Positions 24,960-39,289 of a DNA stretch of 64,000 bases are shown in pieces. The notes under the pieces are model-generated. The model had not been told where the DNA came from. It worked only from the letters and a program-made list of their open reading frames with translations, and made no database searches. This DNA is from Octopus sinensis (lineage: Eukaryota). The stretch is from contig NC_042997.1 in assembly GCF_006345805.1 (NCBI RefSeq), positions 111,042,001-111,106,000 on the forward strand, given 5' to 3'. Positions within the stretch are counted from its first letter, which is position 1. The number at the start of each line of letters is the position of its first letter. The translations under genes and the position numbers were made by a program.

Positions 24960-25445
24960 GGCCTCCTACTACTACTGCTGCTACAAATGTTACCCATGCT
25001 GCTGTTACTACTACTACTACTACTACTGCTACCGCTACTACTACTGCTACTGCTACTATTACTACTACTACTACTACTACTACTACTGCTGCTGCCACTA
25101 CTACTACTGCTGCTGCTGTTGCTACTACTACTATTACTACTACTACTACTGCTATTACTGCTGCTGCTACTATTACTATTACTACTACTACTAATACTAC
25201 TACTACTGCTACTACTACAACTACTACTACTACCATGGCTACGGCTACTGCTACTACTACTACTACTACTAATGCTGCTGCTACTACTACTACTATGGCT
25301 AGTGCTGCTGCTACTACTACTACTAATGCTGCTGCTTCTACTACTACTACTATTACTACTACTACTGCTACTAATGCTGCTGCTGCTGCTACTACTACTA
25401 CTACTACTACTACTACTATCACCACCACCACTACCACCACCATAT
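24960..25445. repeat. Compound (CTA/CTG)n microsatellite
   Basis: Direct reading; source of the poly-L/V/T ORFs. Confidence 0.95.
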
Positions 25446-25963
25446 TGCTAATTTATTCTGCTATGGTTGTTGGTATGTTGATGATATTGTTGTTGTTGGT
25501 GATGGTGATGATGATGGTGGTGGTAGTTATTACAAAGAGATGACCATGGCATGAGAAGGTGGGCGGCAGTGGGGGTGGTTAGGCAGTTTGAGTGGTCAAA
25601 ATTTGGATGATATCCATTAAATTCAGTTTTCTAGGTCAGCAAATGCCATTGATCACCTCTCACAAATTTCTCTCCTCCCCTCCTTACATATCTCTCTCTC
25701 AATCTTGCTCTCCTTACTTCCCTACTTCCCTATATGTCTGTATGTGTGTTTCCTTCCCCACCACCAACCCACCCGCCTCCAGACCATAACTTAGCCTTTA
25801 GCAAAGGGGTCCAATATTGTAAGTCCCAAGTTTAAAAAAATGAATTGATTTAAATAATGGTGGGGGCCAGGGTCATTGGACTAAAGAATTCTTGGAAGCA
25901 GTGCCCCAGCATGGCCGCAGTCCAATGACTGCAGCAAGGAAAAGAATAAAAGAATATATGGAT

Positions 25964-25964
<1 letters not shown>

Positions 25965-26036
<72 letters not shown>

Positions 26037-26038
26037 TG

Positions 26039-26125
<87 letters not shown>
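25965..26125. repeat. (GATA)n/(GA)n microsatellite
   Basis: Direct reading. Confidence 0.95.
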
Positions 26126-26128
<3 letters not shown>

Positions 26129-27681
26129 TGGATGGATGGATTAAGGGAGGGAAGAAAGTGTGAAGAGGAAGAAAAAGAAGGAAGTAGGAATACATACATA
26201 CACACTATATATATATGTAATGTATCTGTCTGTCTGTCTGTCTGTCTCTCTTCACTTTCTCTCTCACTGTGACACAGGTCAGTGAGATCTGGGCTGAGCA
26301 GGCCAATGTAACCCTAACAACAACAACAACACTGCCAGGTCATTGCTTGCTGAGATGAGAGGTCAGATTGGGACAGGTCAAGAAAGACTTAGGAATGTAA
26401 GTAGGAGGTGTGATGTGGGGGAGGGGGCAGAGGAGGGGATAAACAACAACAACAACAAGGAGCTTATGTTCCTTCTCTCTCTCTTCCTCCTCCCCTTCTC
26501 AATTTCTGAACTTTAATCACCACCACTACTACTACTACTACTACCACTGATGATAATGTTAGTGCACTACCAACACCACCACCACAACTACCTACACCAC
26601 CACCACCACCACCACCACCACCACTACCACTACCACCACTACCACCTACACCACCACCACTTCCACAAACACAATCACTGTCAATCATTATTAATACCAC
26701 AACCACCACTGCAACTACCTCCACCACCACTGCCACCATACCACCACCACCACCACCACCACTACCATGTTACCATCACCATAGCCACAATGATAATTTG
26801 TCAAACACTGAAATACTATAGCTTAATCTTCACCCAACTTTGCCTTCTTGGGGCCTAATTTTGTAGTGAGAGTAACAGGAGAGAGAGAGAGTGAGAGTAA
26901 GAGAGAGAGAGACATGCAATGGGCTTCTTTCAGTTTCTGTCTGCCAAATTTGCTCACAAAGATTTGGTTGGCCCAAGGCTATATTAGAAGACACTTGCCC
27001 AAGTTGTCACACAGTGAGACTGAACCCAGAACTGTGTGGTTGGGAAGCTAACTTCTTACCACACAGCCATATCTGCACTTACACTTTCTTACAAAACTTG
27101 TGACAAAATCTTGTCCCAAAACCACAACTTATTGTAAATGGAATTTCAATCAGCAAGTTGGCAGAAATGTTAGAGCATCAGAGTAAATATTCTCTGGTAT
27201 TTTGTTTCGTTTTCATCTTGCCATTTGTGCTGTGGCTAAATTGGTGAATCATTTATTCATCTCCACATGATGATGTAAACATCTCAAAGGGTAATCAGCC
27301 CTGTGGATTAGCTAAATGAATTTTGTATACAGCACAAGTTATGTAACATATACTGTTTAACTGTGAAACATATGTAGTATTTATTTACCTTCCCCATTCC
27401 TTATATTCTTGGATTTTATGTGCATTTTTAGCAATTTTACTTACTAAAAAGTGAGTTGTATAGTGACTGTCAAGTTATTGAACTTTGCCTTGATTTCGAT
27501 AAGGGACAAAGTATGAAACATATGACAGTTATTAAACTTTCTTTATTGTATATTGTCAACCTTTCATCATCTATACCAACTGTATTATACATACTTGAAG
27601 CTTACTAACTTCCTATTTTTCAGATCATACCACCCTATAATAATACACACACACACATACATACATATCATCATCATCATC

Positions 27682-27744
<63 letters not shown>

Positions 27745-27877
27745 GGGTTTGTATGATTGTGTATAGAGGGATATATATTATTAAAAGAAATTCCAACTCT
27801 GTTTTTTATGTTTTATTTATATTCTTTAAAATATTAATGTAGAATATAGAATATATAGTATAAATAATATATTTATC

Positions 27878-27925
<48 letters not shown>

Positions 27926-27939
27926 CACACAAATATATG

Positions 27940-28350
27940 ACACATGTGTGCAAACAGCCATGCTACATGGCAGTGAAACATGGGCTGTGACTACTGAGGA
28001 GATGCATAAGCTTCCAAGAAATGAAGCTAGTACACTCTACTGGATTTGTAATGTCAGTGTGCATACACAACAGAATGTAAGCACCCTGAGAGAAATGTTG
28101 GACATAAGAAGCATCGAATGTGGTGTGCAAGAGAGGCGTCTATGCTGGTATGGTTATTTGTTACATATGGATGAGGACAGCTGCGTGAAAAAGTGTCACA
28201 CTCTAATAGTGGAAGGAATCTGTGGAAGAGGTAGACCCAGGAAGACCTGGGATGAGGTGGTGAAGCACGACCTTCGAATGCTGTGCCTCACAGAGGCAAT
28301 GACAAGAGACAGACCTTTGGAGATATGCTGTGATTGGGAAGACCTGGCAA
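27940..28350 (+). mobile_element. RTE-clade LINE 3' fragment, in frame
   Basis: CVQTAMLHGSETWAVTTEEMHKLPRNE...GVQERRLCWYGYLLHMDEDSCVKKCHTLIVEGICGRGRPRKTWDEVVKHDLR. Confidence 0.9.
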
Positions 28351-28599
28351 GTAAAGTGAGATAGCAGCTGTAGCCTATACCAGTGTCGCATAACCAGTCT
28401 ACTTAAAAGTACTCTTGAATTGCCAGGTGACATGCTGTGCTTGAGAAGACCCAGCAAGCCAAGTGAGACTGTAGCTGTGGCCAATGCCAGTGTCACATAA
28501 CCAGTCTGTTTAAGAGTACTCTTCAATCATTGGGCAATAAACTGTGCTTGTGAAGTCCTGTTAAGGCCAGTGAAATTGTTGTCGTAACTGATGACAGTA

Positions 28600-28842
28600 C
28601 CGCATGGCATCACTTCAACATCCACCCTATTCACCAAATTTAGCATTTGCAGACTTCTGTCTATTTACCAAGATGAAAATGCAACTCAAATGTTGCTGTT
28701 TTAACACTGTTTTCAAGATCCAGAGAGAATTGTAGAAGGCCCTCGACTTGATTATGGATTCCAAAATTGGGACCAGTGTACTGTTGCACAATGGGACTAT
28801 TTTGAAGGAGATGATGTTTAAACTTTTGATACCACCTCGTAA
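28600..28842 (+). mobile_element. Mariner 3' fragment with right TIR
   Basis: PPYSPNLAFADFCLFTKMKMQLK...WDQCTVAQWDYFEGD, then ttttgataccacctcg-TA. Confidence 0.8.
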
Positions 28843-28954
28843 ATACATATAAAGAATAATTAGGTGGAATTTAAAAAATAAACAAAACAGAAGACGAAGA
28901 CGGGTGTGTAAACAAAAAATAGATGTATTAGTTTAATGCTCAGGAATTGAGAAA

Positions 28955-28990
28955 GTTTTTTATGTTTCGAGCCTACGCTCTTCAACAGAA
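28955..28990 (-). ncRNA. Hammerhead-like motif with variant core (CUGUUGA)
   Basis: Minus strand: tt CTGTTGA a gagc-gtag-gctc GAA ACAT A. Perfect stem II; stem III could be CpG-decayed ACGT. Confidence 0.45.
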
Positions 28991-29689
28991 AGGAACACAG
29001 AAATAAAAAGGGAGAGAAAATAGAAAAGGTTTAGTGGCTAGAGACAGTTAAGATTTTTTATCATAAATCATAAAATAACATTAAGACATTTGATAAACAA
29101 GGAATCCAAGAGAGAAGAAAATGAGGGGAAGCGTCTAAAAGGTGTTGAAATTTAACTTGGTTTAATGTTTGTAATAATCATTTATACAAATGTATTATAC
29201 TGACCAATATCCAGTGGTAGCATAAAGTTGATGATGGGCAGAGTTAAGTAGAGGTCAAGAGTTACTAGAACATACAAATACTAACTGTCTTTTCAATGAT
29301 TTTGTCCTTTCTTTCTCCATTATACTCACACACACACACACACACACACAAACATAGACACACACATGCCCACACACACACACACACGAATAAATTATAA
29401 TTTTTATGAGTTTAGATATTTATTAAGATTAGTAAGAACACTATTAAACTGTGATTATTTGCGAACAAAACAATTGCCAAGTCATGTGTGTGTGTGTTTC
29501 TTTTTCTCTTTTTTAGCTTGGTAGCAAGGTTTTGAAGGGGAGCATCTTGCTTTGTTCTTGGTCAGGGACAGTATGTAAATGGGCCAATCCCCGCTGAAAT
29601 ATTCTACTTGTTTTATTTTCAAACCAGCTAGATCTGGCTTCTCACACCTACCCTGCAATGTCATTTTAAAAATAGACAGTCACAAACAC

Positions 29690-29925
29690 CACTTGAGCAT
29701 GGTCGTTACCAGAACCACCTGACTGGCTCCGGTACCGATGGCACGTAAAAAGCACCCACTACACTCTCTGAGTGGTTGGCGTTAGGAAGGGCATCCAGCT
29801 GTAGAAACTCTGCCAGATCAGACTGGAGCCTGGTGCAGCCTTCTGGCTTGCCAGTCCTCAGTTAAAATCGTCCAACCCATGCCAGCATGGAAAGCGGACG
29901 TCAAACGATGATGATGATGATGACA
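29690..29925 (+). mobile_element. Family B SINE (close to consensus)
   Basis: Same consensus as 12200-12710. Confidence 0.8.
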
Positions 29926-30059
29926 TCGTTAACATGTTGATGATTAATGCCTGATTAATCCAAAACAATGCAAAGAAATAAGCATTACATTTGACAGAAT
30001 AATTGGAATACTAAAGGGTTAAACAGTGATATTCAGTTCCTAAGATCCCAAGTTCAGCC

Positions 30060-30560
30060 ATACTTTGTTCCAGATGGGGTCATATGTATCCTATTGCTCC
30101 GATAGTAATAGGTATGAAACTGAAAGTGTATCTTGGGTACTGGATTTTCAAACTCCTTATCAATGGTCTTCTTTCTCTTGTATTTTTCGTCTTTCTCTTG
30201 TATTTTCCTAACCCCATTCATATCCAGAGGGCATCTGATTTCCCCAACAGAAAATATCTTTTCCTTGTGGTCCCACACAATGATTTCTGGTCAGTTGTGT
30301 TTCAACTTTCTCCAACTTCCATCAATATTCTTTCGACCCATCAATCACAAAATGGTCAACTTCATTTATAGGTTTTTTTCTTTTTCTTTTTTATTATCCT
30401 ATCCCAAATCTTTCTGGCCACTGCATTATGTCTCATGGGAAGATAATATCTGGAAGACATTCTTTCACAGTTGGTAATAATGGGGTTGATGGCTTTAGTC
30501 TTGGTCTTGCAAAGCCTACATTTGTTGTCCATCATGTATGTATGTCACAATTCAGTTTAT
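30060..30560 (-). mobile_element. R4/Dong-like LINE C-terminus (Zn knuckle plus RLE endonuclease), frameshifted
   Basis: CRLCKTKT...RHNAVARKIW and IIVWDHKEKIFSVGEIRCPLD motifs. Confidence 0.7.
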
Positions 30561-30654
30561 TTCAAGACTTCTTGCCTATAGAGAAAGAGCTGGTTTCTAA
30601 CCTAAATCCAAGGGTCCTTCATTAGAATTTCAGCATCAACAACAGGGTATTTTT

Positions 30655-30727
30655 GTTTGTATGTATGTATGTATGTATGTATGTATGTATGTGTGTGTAT
30701 GTATGTATGTATGTATGTATGTATGTA

Positions 30728-30758
<31 letters not shown>

Positions 30759-31030
30759 ATGTATGTATGTATGTATGTGTGTATGTATGTGTTTGTATGT
30801 ATGTATGTATGTGTGTATGTATGTATGTGTCTGTGTGTGTATTTATGTATTATATGCATGTATGCATATATTTGTGTGCATAAATATGAATGTTTCTATG
30901 TATGTATCTATGTATGTGTGTGTACATGTACATGTGTCCATGCATGTATGTATGTGTGTATGTGTGAGCATGTGTGAGTGTGTATCTATGTATTTATGTC
31001 TTGTATGTCTTGTATGTATTGTATGTATTC
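30655..31030. repeat. (TATG)n/(TG)n microsatellite
   Basis: Direct reading. Confidence 0.95.
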
Positions 31031-31254
31031 TGATCAAACAATTAAAAAGTGACAGAAACGTTTACAAAAATGCTTTGTGTTGTCCATTGTGTGGGCGTTT
31101 GATGTCAAGTGGTCAGTGGATCAGATAGAAAGTCAGTGGTCAATGGACAGTGGCCAGAGATAATGACCAGCAAATGCAGCTGAGGGTTATAAAAAAGTAA
31201 TTTACTCCAGAGGCAAGTACTTCAGTTGTAGTAGTAATTATGTTATTACACACA

Positions 31255-31765
31255 CATCATCTTCTTCACCACCACCACCACCACCACCACCACCACCACC
31301 GCCACCGCCACCACCACCACCACCATCATCACCACTACTGCCACCACTACAAACATCCCCACCACTACTAACATCACCACCACCGCTACCACCACCACCA
31401 CCACCACCACCACCACCATCATCACCACCACTGCCACCATCACCACTACTAACATCACCACGACCACCACCACCATCAACAAAAACCACCAACACCACCA
31501 CCATCATCACCACCACTGCCACCATCACCACTACTAACATCACCATGACCACCACCACCATCAACAAAAACCACCAACACCACCACCATCATCACCACCA
31601 CTGCCACCATCACCACTACTAACATCACCACGACCACCACCACCATCAACAAAAACCACCAACACCACCACCGCTGCTACCACCACTCACCACCACTAAC
31701 ATCACCACCACCATCACCCCCACCACTGCCACCATCACCATCATTACCACCACCATCATTATCAT
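31255..31765. repeat. (CAC)n-derived array with an 85-bp higher-order unit
   Basis: catcaacaaaaacc recurs at 31474, 31559 and 31644. Confidence 0.9.
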
Positions 31766-32725
31766 TGTTGTCCCTGTCATTGTCATCATCATCCCCTCCC
31801 AACCATTATCATCATCATCATGATTTGTTAATGTCTACTTGTCCATATCTTCTGCATGGGTCAGATGGCATTTTCTACAGCCAAATCCCCTTCCTCTCAC
31901 CAGCCTCACCTATTTCTAAGCAAGATAATGATTCCCTTCATGGCCAGGTAAGTTTTTGACAGAATATTGGAAAGGAATGACACTGCTTGTACAACAGGGA
32001 CACTCATTTACAACTATCACATGCAATGTCAAGACAAAGAGATGCAAAAGAGATATTTTCTTCAAACTTGGCATGAAGGAAGGAAAGACTATTTGGTTTC
32101 TCAAGAAGTTTTTTTTTTTGCCTTAACTTCGTTTAACAAAACCAAAAATTTTATTGAAATAAAGGCATGCTTAATTATTTTTTAATGAAAAGTTTTGAGA
32201 AAATTTGGTTTAAATGTTTGACAACTCAGCACCATCCATTGGACGGGGGACGTTTTGCTCGTGTATACATATATATATATGTACACTGGCAAACATAAAT
32301 TTAAGACTGATGATAAAAGTTCTATTTCTTACAAAATATTTTGTTACTATCACCATACAAATTATTATTTTTTTACACCTTATGCGGAATTTATTTCTCT
32401 TTTGAATGATGCAGACAATAACTATTTTTATACAACTTGAAGAATTCTAATGCTAAACGCTTCAAATTTACCGGCAAAATTAGTTTAAGACCGTATCATT
32501 ATGTGTGTGTATGTGTGTATGTGAGTGTGTGAGTGAGTGTGTGAGTGTGTGTGTGTGTGTCTGTGTATGTGTGTGGGTGTGTGTATGTGTGTGTGTGCGT
32601 GCGTGCGTGCATGGTGAATGTGTATAGCTTAGTGGTTAGGGTCCTTGGTTCATAATCGTATGGTCATGAGTTTAATTCCTAGTGACTCATTGGTATTATT
32701 ATTATTATTATTATTACTATTATTA

Positions 32726-32990
32726 TTCAGGTCACTGCCTGGAATCGAACTCAGAATCTTACGGTTAGTAGCCCGCACTCTTAACCACTACGCCATATAC
32801 CCGTGGGCCCATGGGCATATAATAATAATAATAACATTGAAAAATACCTTAAGAATGAGAACCCAGGTTCAAAATTTCCCCAAGACACCTGATGAATGCT
32901 GGAGGGTATATCAGCCGAAACGTTGGTTTAACAACAAACAAGATGAGGATAAATATCTGTCGAATGTAAATAATGTAAATAATGAACAAA
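32726..32990. mobile_element. tRNA-headed hammerhead element, head inverted (minus) relative to body (plus)
   Basis: The reverse complement of 32726-32798 is the same tRNA-like head as 60021-60090. The body 32820-32990 matches 60120-60290 and contains CTGATGA (32889) ... GAAACGTT. Confidence 0.75.
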
Positions 32991-33224
32991 GAATAAACAA
33001 TAAACAATTTAGCATCAAAGTTGTATTAAATTCCTGAAGCTGCCAAAACCCCTCACTGGAGATGCAAGATACAGCCTGGTATACTTGGATATGATAACGT
33101 TGCTCTTTATGCCAAGTTGAATATAAAATAGGGTTGGCTACAGGAAAGGCATCCAGCCATATGAAACCTGCCTCAATAAACACTGTTTGATCCATGCAAG
33201 TATGAAAAGGTGGATGTCAAATTG

Positions 33225-33755
33225 ATGAGGATGAGGATGACAGGGATGATGATGATGATAGTCATCATGATGATCGTAATGAGGACAATGACAACGATAA
33301 CGATGATGATGATGATGACGACTATGATGAAGATGAAGATGACGATGATGACAACGATGATGATGATGATGATGACAATGATGACAATGATGACGACGAT
33401 GGTGACAATGATGACGATGATGATGATGATGATTATGATGATGTCTACAATGATGATGATGATGACAACAATAATGACGTTAACAATGATGATGAAGAAG
33501 AGAATGATGATGATGACGATGATGATGATGTTGATGATGATGATGATGACGATGATGATGATTATGATGATGACGACGACGACAAATACAATGATGATGA
33601 CGATCATGATGATTATGACGATGACAGCAACAACAATGATGATGATGATGATGATGAGAATAATAATGATTATGACAACAGCAATAACGATGACGATGAT
33701 CATGGTTAAGATGAGAATGATGATGATGATGATGAGAATCATGATGATGATGATA
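33225..33755. repeat. (GAT/GAC)n microsatellite
   Basis: Direct reading; source of the poly-M/I ORFs. Confidence 0.95.
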
Positions 33756-34589
33756 ATTTTGGACCCAGATTTTTCATCTTGTTAGAAGCGATGAAATTCG
33801 AACTGAAGAATCAGAATTCACAGAACCCAAACAAATAACCACATGCCATCTCCCTCTACACCCCACCACTTCCTCACCCTGCACTTATATATGCGTTTTC
33901 TGCTGATCCCCAAAAGGGTGTCCTAGCAAGGAATTGAACTCAGAGCACAGAGATGGGGCAAAAAGAAGAAGGTATTTTCAGCAAAATTTATGTTGCTGAA
34001 AATAACTTCTATTCTCTACTTTTCAGTCTCACAGACCCCGAAAAGGAGCTACAATGTCATTCCTGGCCTTGCTATGCCTTAAATAAAAAGTTATGAAAAA
34101 ATCATAGGTCCTTTGAGTATGTGAATTGAAATGACTCTACTGAGAATTGAACCTAGAACTCAGGCTTCACTTAATGGGATATTATCTCTATGCTACAGAA
34201 GTCACAATGCCAAGAAGCAATGCAGCTTAATTGAGAGGACGAGCATCGGTATTGCTTCTGTGTAATTCTCAAAGTAAATAGAAATGGAGATTTTGCTTAG
34301 CAAGGTTTCTTATTAAAGGGACATAATTCTTTGAGTTTATTTCATTTGAAAGTTCAAACTTCAGGCACAGACAACATCTCTTTACTTCCTTGCAATGTGC
34401 GTGTGTGCGTGCGTGTGTGTGTGTGTGTGTGTGTCTATGCACATATGTACGTGTATAAATATACATATACATAAATACAGTGGGGCTTCTAAACAGATGC
34501 TGCACCATCATCATCAGCTGACATGATTTCTTTCAGTGCAGATCCATGTCCTCTCTACCCACCGACAGATGCCTACTGCATATAGCATA

Positions 34590-34900
<311 letters not shown>

Positions 34901-35019
34901 CATACATATTTACATCATCCACACACCACACACACACACACACTCGTTATATATATATACATATACAAGCATGGAAAATTAGACAGTAAAATGATGATAT
35001 ATATCTTTTGCCATTTGCT

Positions 35020-35880
35020 TGTTTCAGTCATTAGACTGTGGCCATACTGGGGCAACCTCTAGAAAAATTGTAATGATACAAATTAACCTCACTACCTTTT
35101 ATGTTTTTTTTAAGCCTGACACTTATTTTATCAGTAGCTTTTGCTGAACCACTAAGTTATGGGGAGATAAACACTCCGACACTGGCTGTCAAGTGGTGGT
35201 GGTAGTGGTGGGGGAAAAACACAGACACAAAGACTCACACACACACACACACGTTCACCCACATGTACACACACATATATAGATATATGTATAAATAAAC
35301 GTCGGGCTTCTTTCAGTTTCCATCTACCAAATCCACTCACAACGCTTTGGTCAGCCCGAGGCTATAGTAGAAGATACTTGCCTAAGCTGCAATGCAGTGG
35401 GACTGAACCTGGAACCATGTGGTTGGGAAGCAAGCTTCTTACCACACAGCCATTCCTACACCTATATATATGTATTCTTTTATTCTTTATTCTTTTACTT
35501 TTTTCAGTCATTTGACAATGGCCATGCTGGAGCACTGCCTTTAGTCGAATGTATTGACTCCAGAACTTATTCTTTGTAAGCCTAGAACTTATTCTATTGG
35601 TTTCTTTTGCTGAGCCACTAAGTCACGGGGACGTAAAGACACCAACATCAGTTGTCAAGCAATGTTGGGGGGACAAACACAGACACACAAACACACACAC
35701 ACAAACACAAATATAAAAATGTTGGGCTTCTTTCAGTTTCCGTCTACCAAATCCACTGACAAGGATTTGGTTGGCTTGAGGCTATTATAGTAGAAGACAC
35801 TTGCCCAAGGTGCTATGCAGTGGGACTGAACCTGAAAAAATGTGGTTGGCAAGCATGCTACTTACCACACAGCCACTTCT
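35020..35880 (-). mobile_element. Two tandem family A SINEs
   Basis: Each has ttcagtcatt.gac...ctttcagtttcc.tctaccaaatccact...cttaccacacagcca. Confidence 0.8.
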
Positions 35881-35905
35881 GCGCCGCCTTATTTTTGTAT
35901 GTGTA

Positions 35906-35990
<85 letters not shown>

Positions 35991-36060
35991 ATGTATATAT
36001 ATATGTATATACACACACACACATATGTATATATATTATATATATATATATATATATATC

Positions 36061-36091
<31 letters not shown>

Positions 36092-36874
36092 ACACACACA
36101 CACACATATATGTATGTATATATATATATATTCATAAAATAAGGATAAAGATTATGTTAATGATAATTATCAGGTGGTCAGCATGGAAAAATGCAATTTA
36201 TAGCAGTTTATATATTAAATTAATGAATAATTCATCATCATCATCAACATCATCATCATCATCATCATCATCTTTTAACGTCTGTTTTCCTTGCTGTTGT
36301 GGGTTGGACAGTTTGATTGAGGACTGGCATATTTCCATACTTCATCTTTCACTGTGGCCATACTGCAGGATTTATTTTAAGGCTAGTACATTTTCTGTGA
36401 GTCTCTTTTGCCCAACTGCTAAGTTAGAGGGACATTAACAGACCAATAACAGTTGTCAAGAGGTAGCGGTGGTTGTGGTGGCGGTGGGGGGGGGGAAGAA
36501 GACATTGCTACAAAGACACACACACACACACACGCAAACACATACATATGTCTGTACATTGGGCTTCTACACAGTTCCCATCGATCAGAATGACTCAGAA
36601 GACACTGATTTGCCTAAGGCTACAGAAGAATACACTTGGCTAAGGTGACAAACAGTGGGATTGAAATTCAAACCATGGGGTTGCATAGCAAGCTTCTTAA
36701 CCAGACAGCTGTGTGTGTGTGTATCAAACCTATCTATCTGTCTGTATGTCTGTCAATCTATCTATCTATCTATCTATCTATCTGTTCCCCCCTCTCTCTC
36801 TATCTATCTGTCTACCTGTCTATCAATCGATGAATTTCTCTGGCTCTTGCTCTCTCTTTCTCTCCTTTGCTCTC

Positions 36875-36923
<49 letters not shown>

Positions 36924-37026
36924 TAATCTATCAATCTCTCTCTGTCTTGCATTCTTTCTCCCTCTCTCCCTCTCACTATCTATCTATCTATCTATCCATC
37001 TAACTGCATGTCTGTCAGTCTATGTA

Positions 37027-37075
<49 letters not shown>

Positions 37076-37724
37076 CAATCGATGAATCTCTCTTTCTCTC
37101 CCTTGCTCTCTCTCTCTCTTTCTCTCTCTATCTGTCTGTATCTCTCTCACTCCATATACATATATGTGTGTGTGCAGTGTGTGTGTAGTGTAAAATCAAT
37201 CCATATAATAACATAGCCTAATTGATTTATCTCCCTACGTAATCATTCATTTGTTTCCTTGTCTTAGAATTAGTTTAATTAAAAGGAATTTCTATGACAC
37301 TGTTTGGGTATTTTTTTTCTCCACAAAAATTCAGAGGAATTGTATTTGTTAAATTATATCCTAAAGAAAAACCCGGTTTCTACTTCCTCACAAGCAGTAA
37401 TCTTCCCATTCCAAGTGTTTGCAGACTTTACAGTCTTACCATCACTGCTGTGGCTCATATAGTTGTTGTGGATGCAAGGGAGAGGTGCAGGTGCAGCAGG
37501 GACAGAATTAGCTTACATTCTTATTTTACTCACAGTAAGGCTTTAACCTCATTCTTCCCTTGTTATATACATACAGTTCAAATTTCACTGAGGTCTTTGC
37601 CTTTCATCCTTTCGGGGTTGATAAATTAAGTATCAGTTGCATATTGGGGTCGATCTAATCCACTGGTCCCTTCTCCCCTAAAATTTCAGGCTTTGTGCCT
37701 AGAGTAGAAAAGGTTATATATATA

Positions 37725-38750
37725 CAGTAATCCCCCGGCTATCGTGGGTGTTACGTTCCAAAACACCCCATGATGGGTGAAAATCCATGAAATAGAAACA
37801 GTACTGTATATTTATTTTATTATTTTTATAATTTGTATATATTTATCAAAATAAAATATCAAAATAAATATGAAATGGAAATTGTAGTTGTGATACCTGT
37901 GCCGGTGGCACGTAAAAAGCACCCACTACACTCACGGAGTGGTTGGCGTTAGCAAGGGTATCCAGCTGTAGAAACACTGCCAGATCAGACTGGAGCCTGG
38001 TGCAGCCTCCTGGCTTCCCAGACCCCGGTCAAACCGTCCAACCCATGCTAGCACGGAAAATGAACGTTAAACGATAATGATGATGATAATGATGATGATT
38101 ATCATATTATAAATGCAAAACACCACCATGCACTCACCTTCCGAGTTTCGTTTTCCATCCAGTATGTGCGATTCTTTGTTTACTCATCTACAGTACTCTC
38201 CTATGCATTTTCTTTTAATATATTTTAATCAATGTGTTGTGGATGATGACAGTACTGTCTGATTGTTACTCGTGCCAGTGGAATGTTAAAAGCACCATCT
38301 GAGCGTGACCGTTGCAAGGGCCGTTGACTGGTTCCTGTGCAGGTGGCACAGAAAAAACACCATTCGAGCGTGATCGTTGCCAGCATTACCTTATTGGCAC
38401 ATGTGCTGGTGGAACGTAAAAAGCACCCACTACACTCTTGGAGTGGTTGGTGTTAGGAAGGGCATCCAGCTGTAGAAACTTTGCCAGATCAGACTGGAGC
38501 CTGGTGCAACCATCTGGCTCACCAGTCCTCAGTTAAACCGTCCAACCCACGCCAGCTTGGAAAACGGACATTAAATGATGATGATGAGGATGATGAAAGT
38601 GCAGTACAGTACTGTATTTATATTTATTAATTTAATAATTTTTTTTTGGTGTGAAAATACTTTGTTTACCACAGAAATAACTAAAATCTAACAAAAAAAT
38701 CTAAATACCTATTGGTTGCAGAAACCCGCAATATAATGGAGGAGTCAATG
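37725..38750. mobile_element. Tigger/pogo-like MITE interrupted by family B SINEs
   Basis: Left end is TA-CAGTAATCCCCCGGCTATCG; the right end near 38725-38750 is degenerate. SINE B copies lie at 37890-38100 and 38270-38595. Confidence 0.5.
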
Positions 38751-39289
38751 ATATAAATTTACGTGTGTGTGTATATATATATCATCATCATCATCATCAT
38801 CATCGTTTAACGTCCGTTCTCCATGCTAGCATGGGTTGGATGGTTCGACCAGGGATCTGGGAAGCCCGAAGGCTGCACCAGGCTCCAGTCTTATCTGGCA
38901 ATGTTTCTACAGCTGGATGCCCTTCCTAACGCCAACCACTCCGTGAGTGTAGTGGGTGCATATATATATATATATGTATATATATACACATATATATGCA
39001 CACACTCACACATATGTATACGTATATATATATCATCATTGTCATCATCATCATCATTTAATGTCCGTTGTCCACGCTGGCATGGGTTGGACAGTTTGAC
39101 TGGGCTGGCACACTGGAAGACTGTACCAGACTCCAGTCTGATTTAGCATGGTTTCTACAGCTGGATGCCCTTCCTAATGCCAACCACTCCAAGAGTGTAA
39201 TGGGTGCTTTTATGTGCCACTAACACAGGTGCCATTTGCATGACACCACTATCTTCCACGACTGCAATTTTGCTCAGCTTGATGGGTCT

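Noticed and set aside
24867-25543. Poly-L/V/T ORFs (also 16250-17100, 26464-26858, 30602-31567, 33173-33785, 34514-36438, 58738-59333)
   Set aside because: Microsatellite translations with no splice or domain support.
27267-27340. C/D snoRNA candidate (ATGATGA box C)
   Set aside because: No properly placed CTGA D box or terminal stem.
31875-31955. Exon-like segment ending in CAG|gtaagt
   Set aside because: It lies in a SINE tail-type repeat (related sequence near 55430-55500), so the donor is probably incidental.
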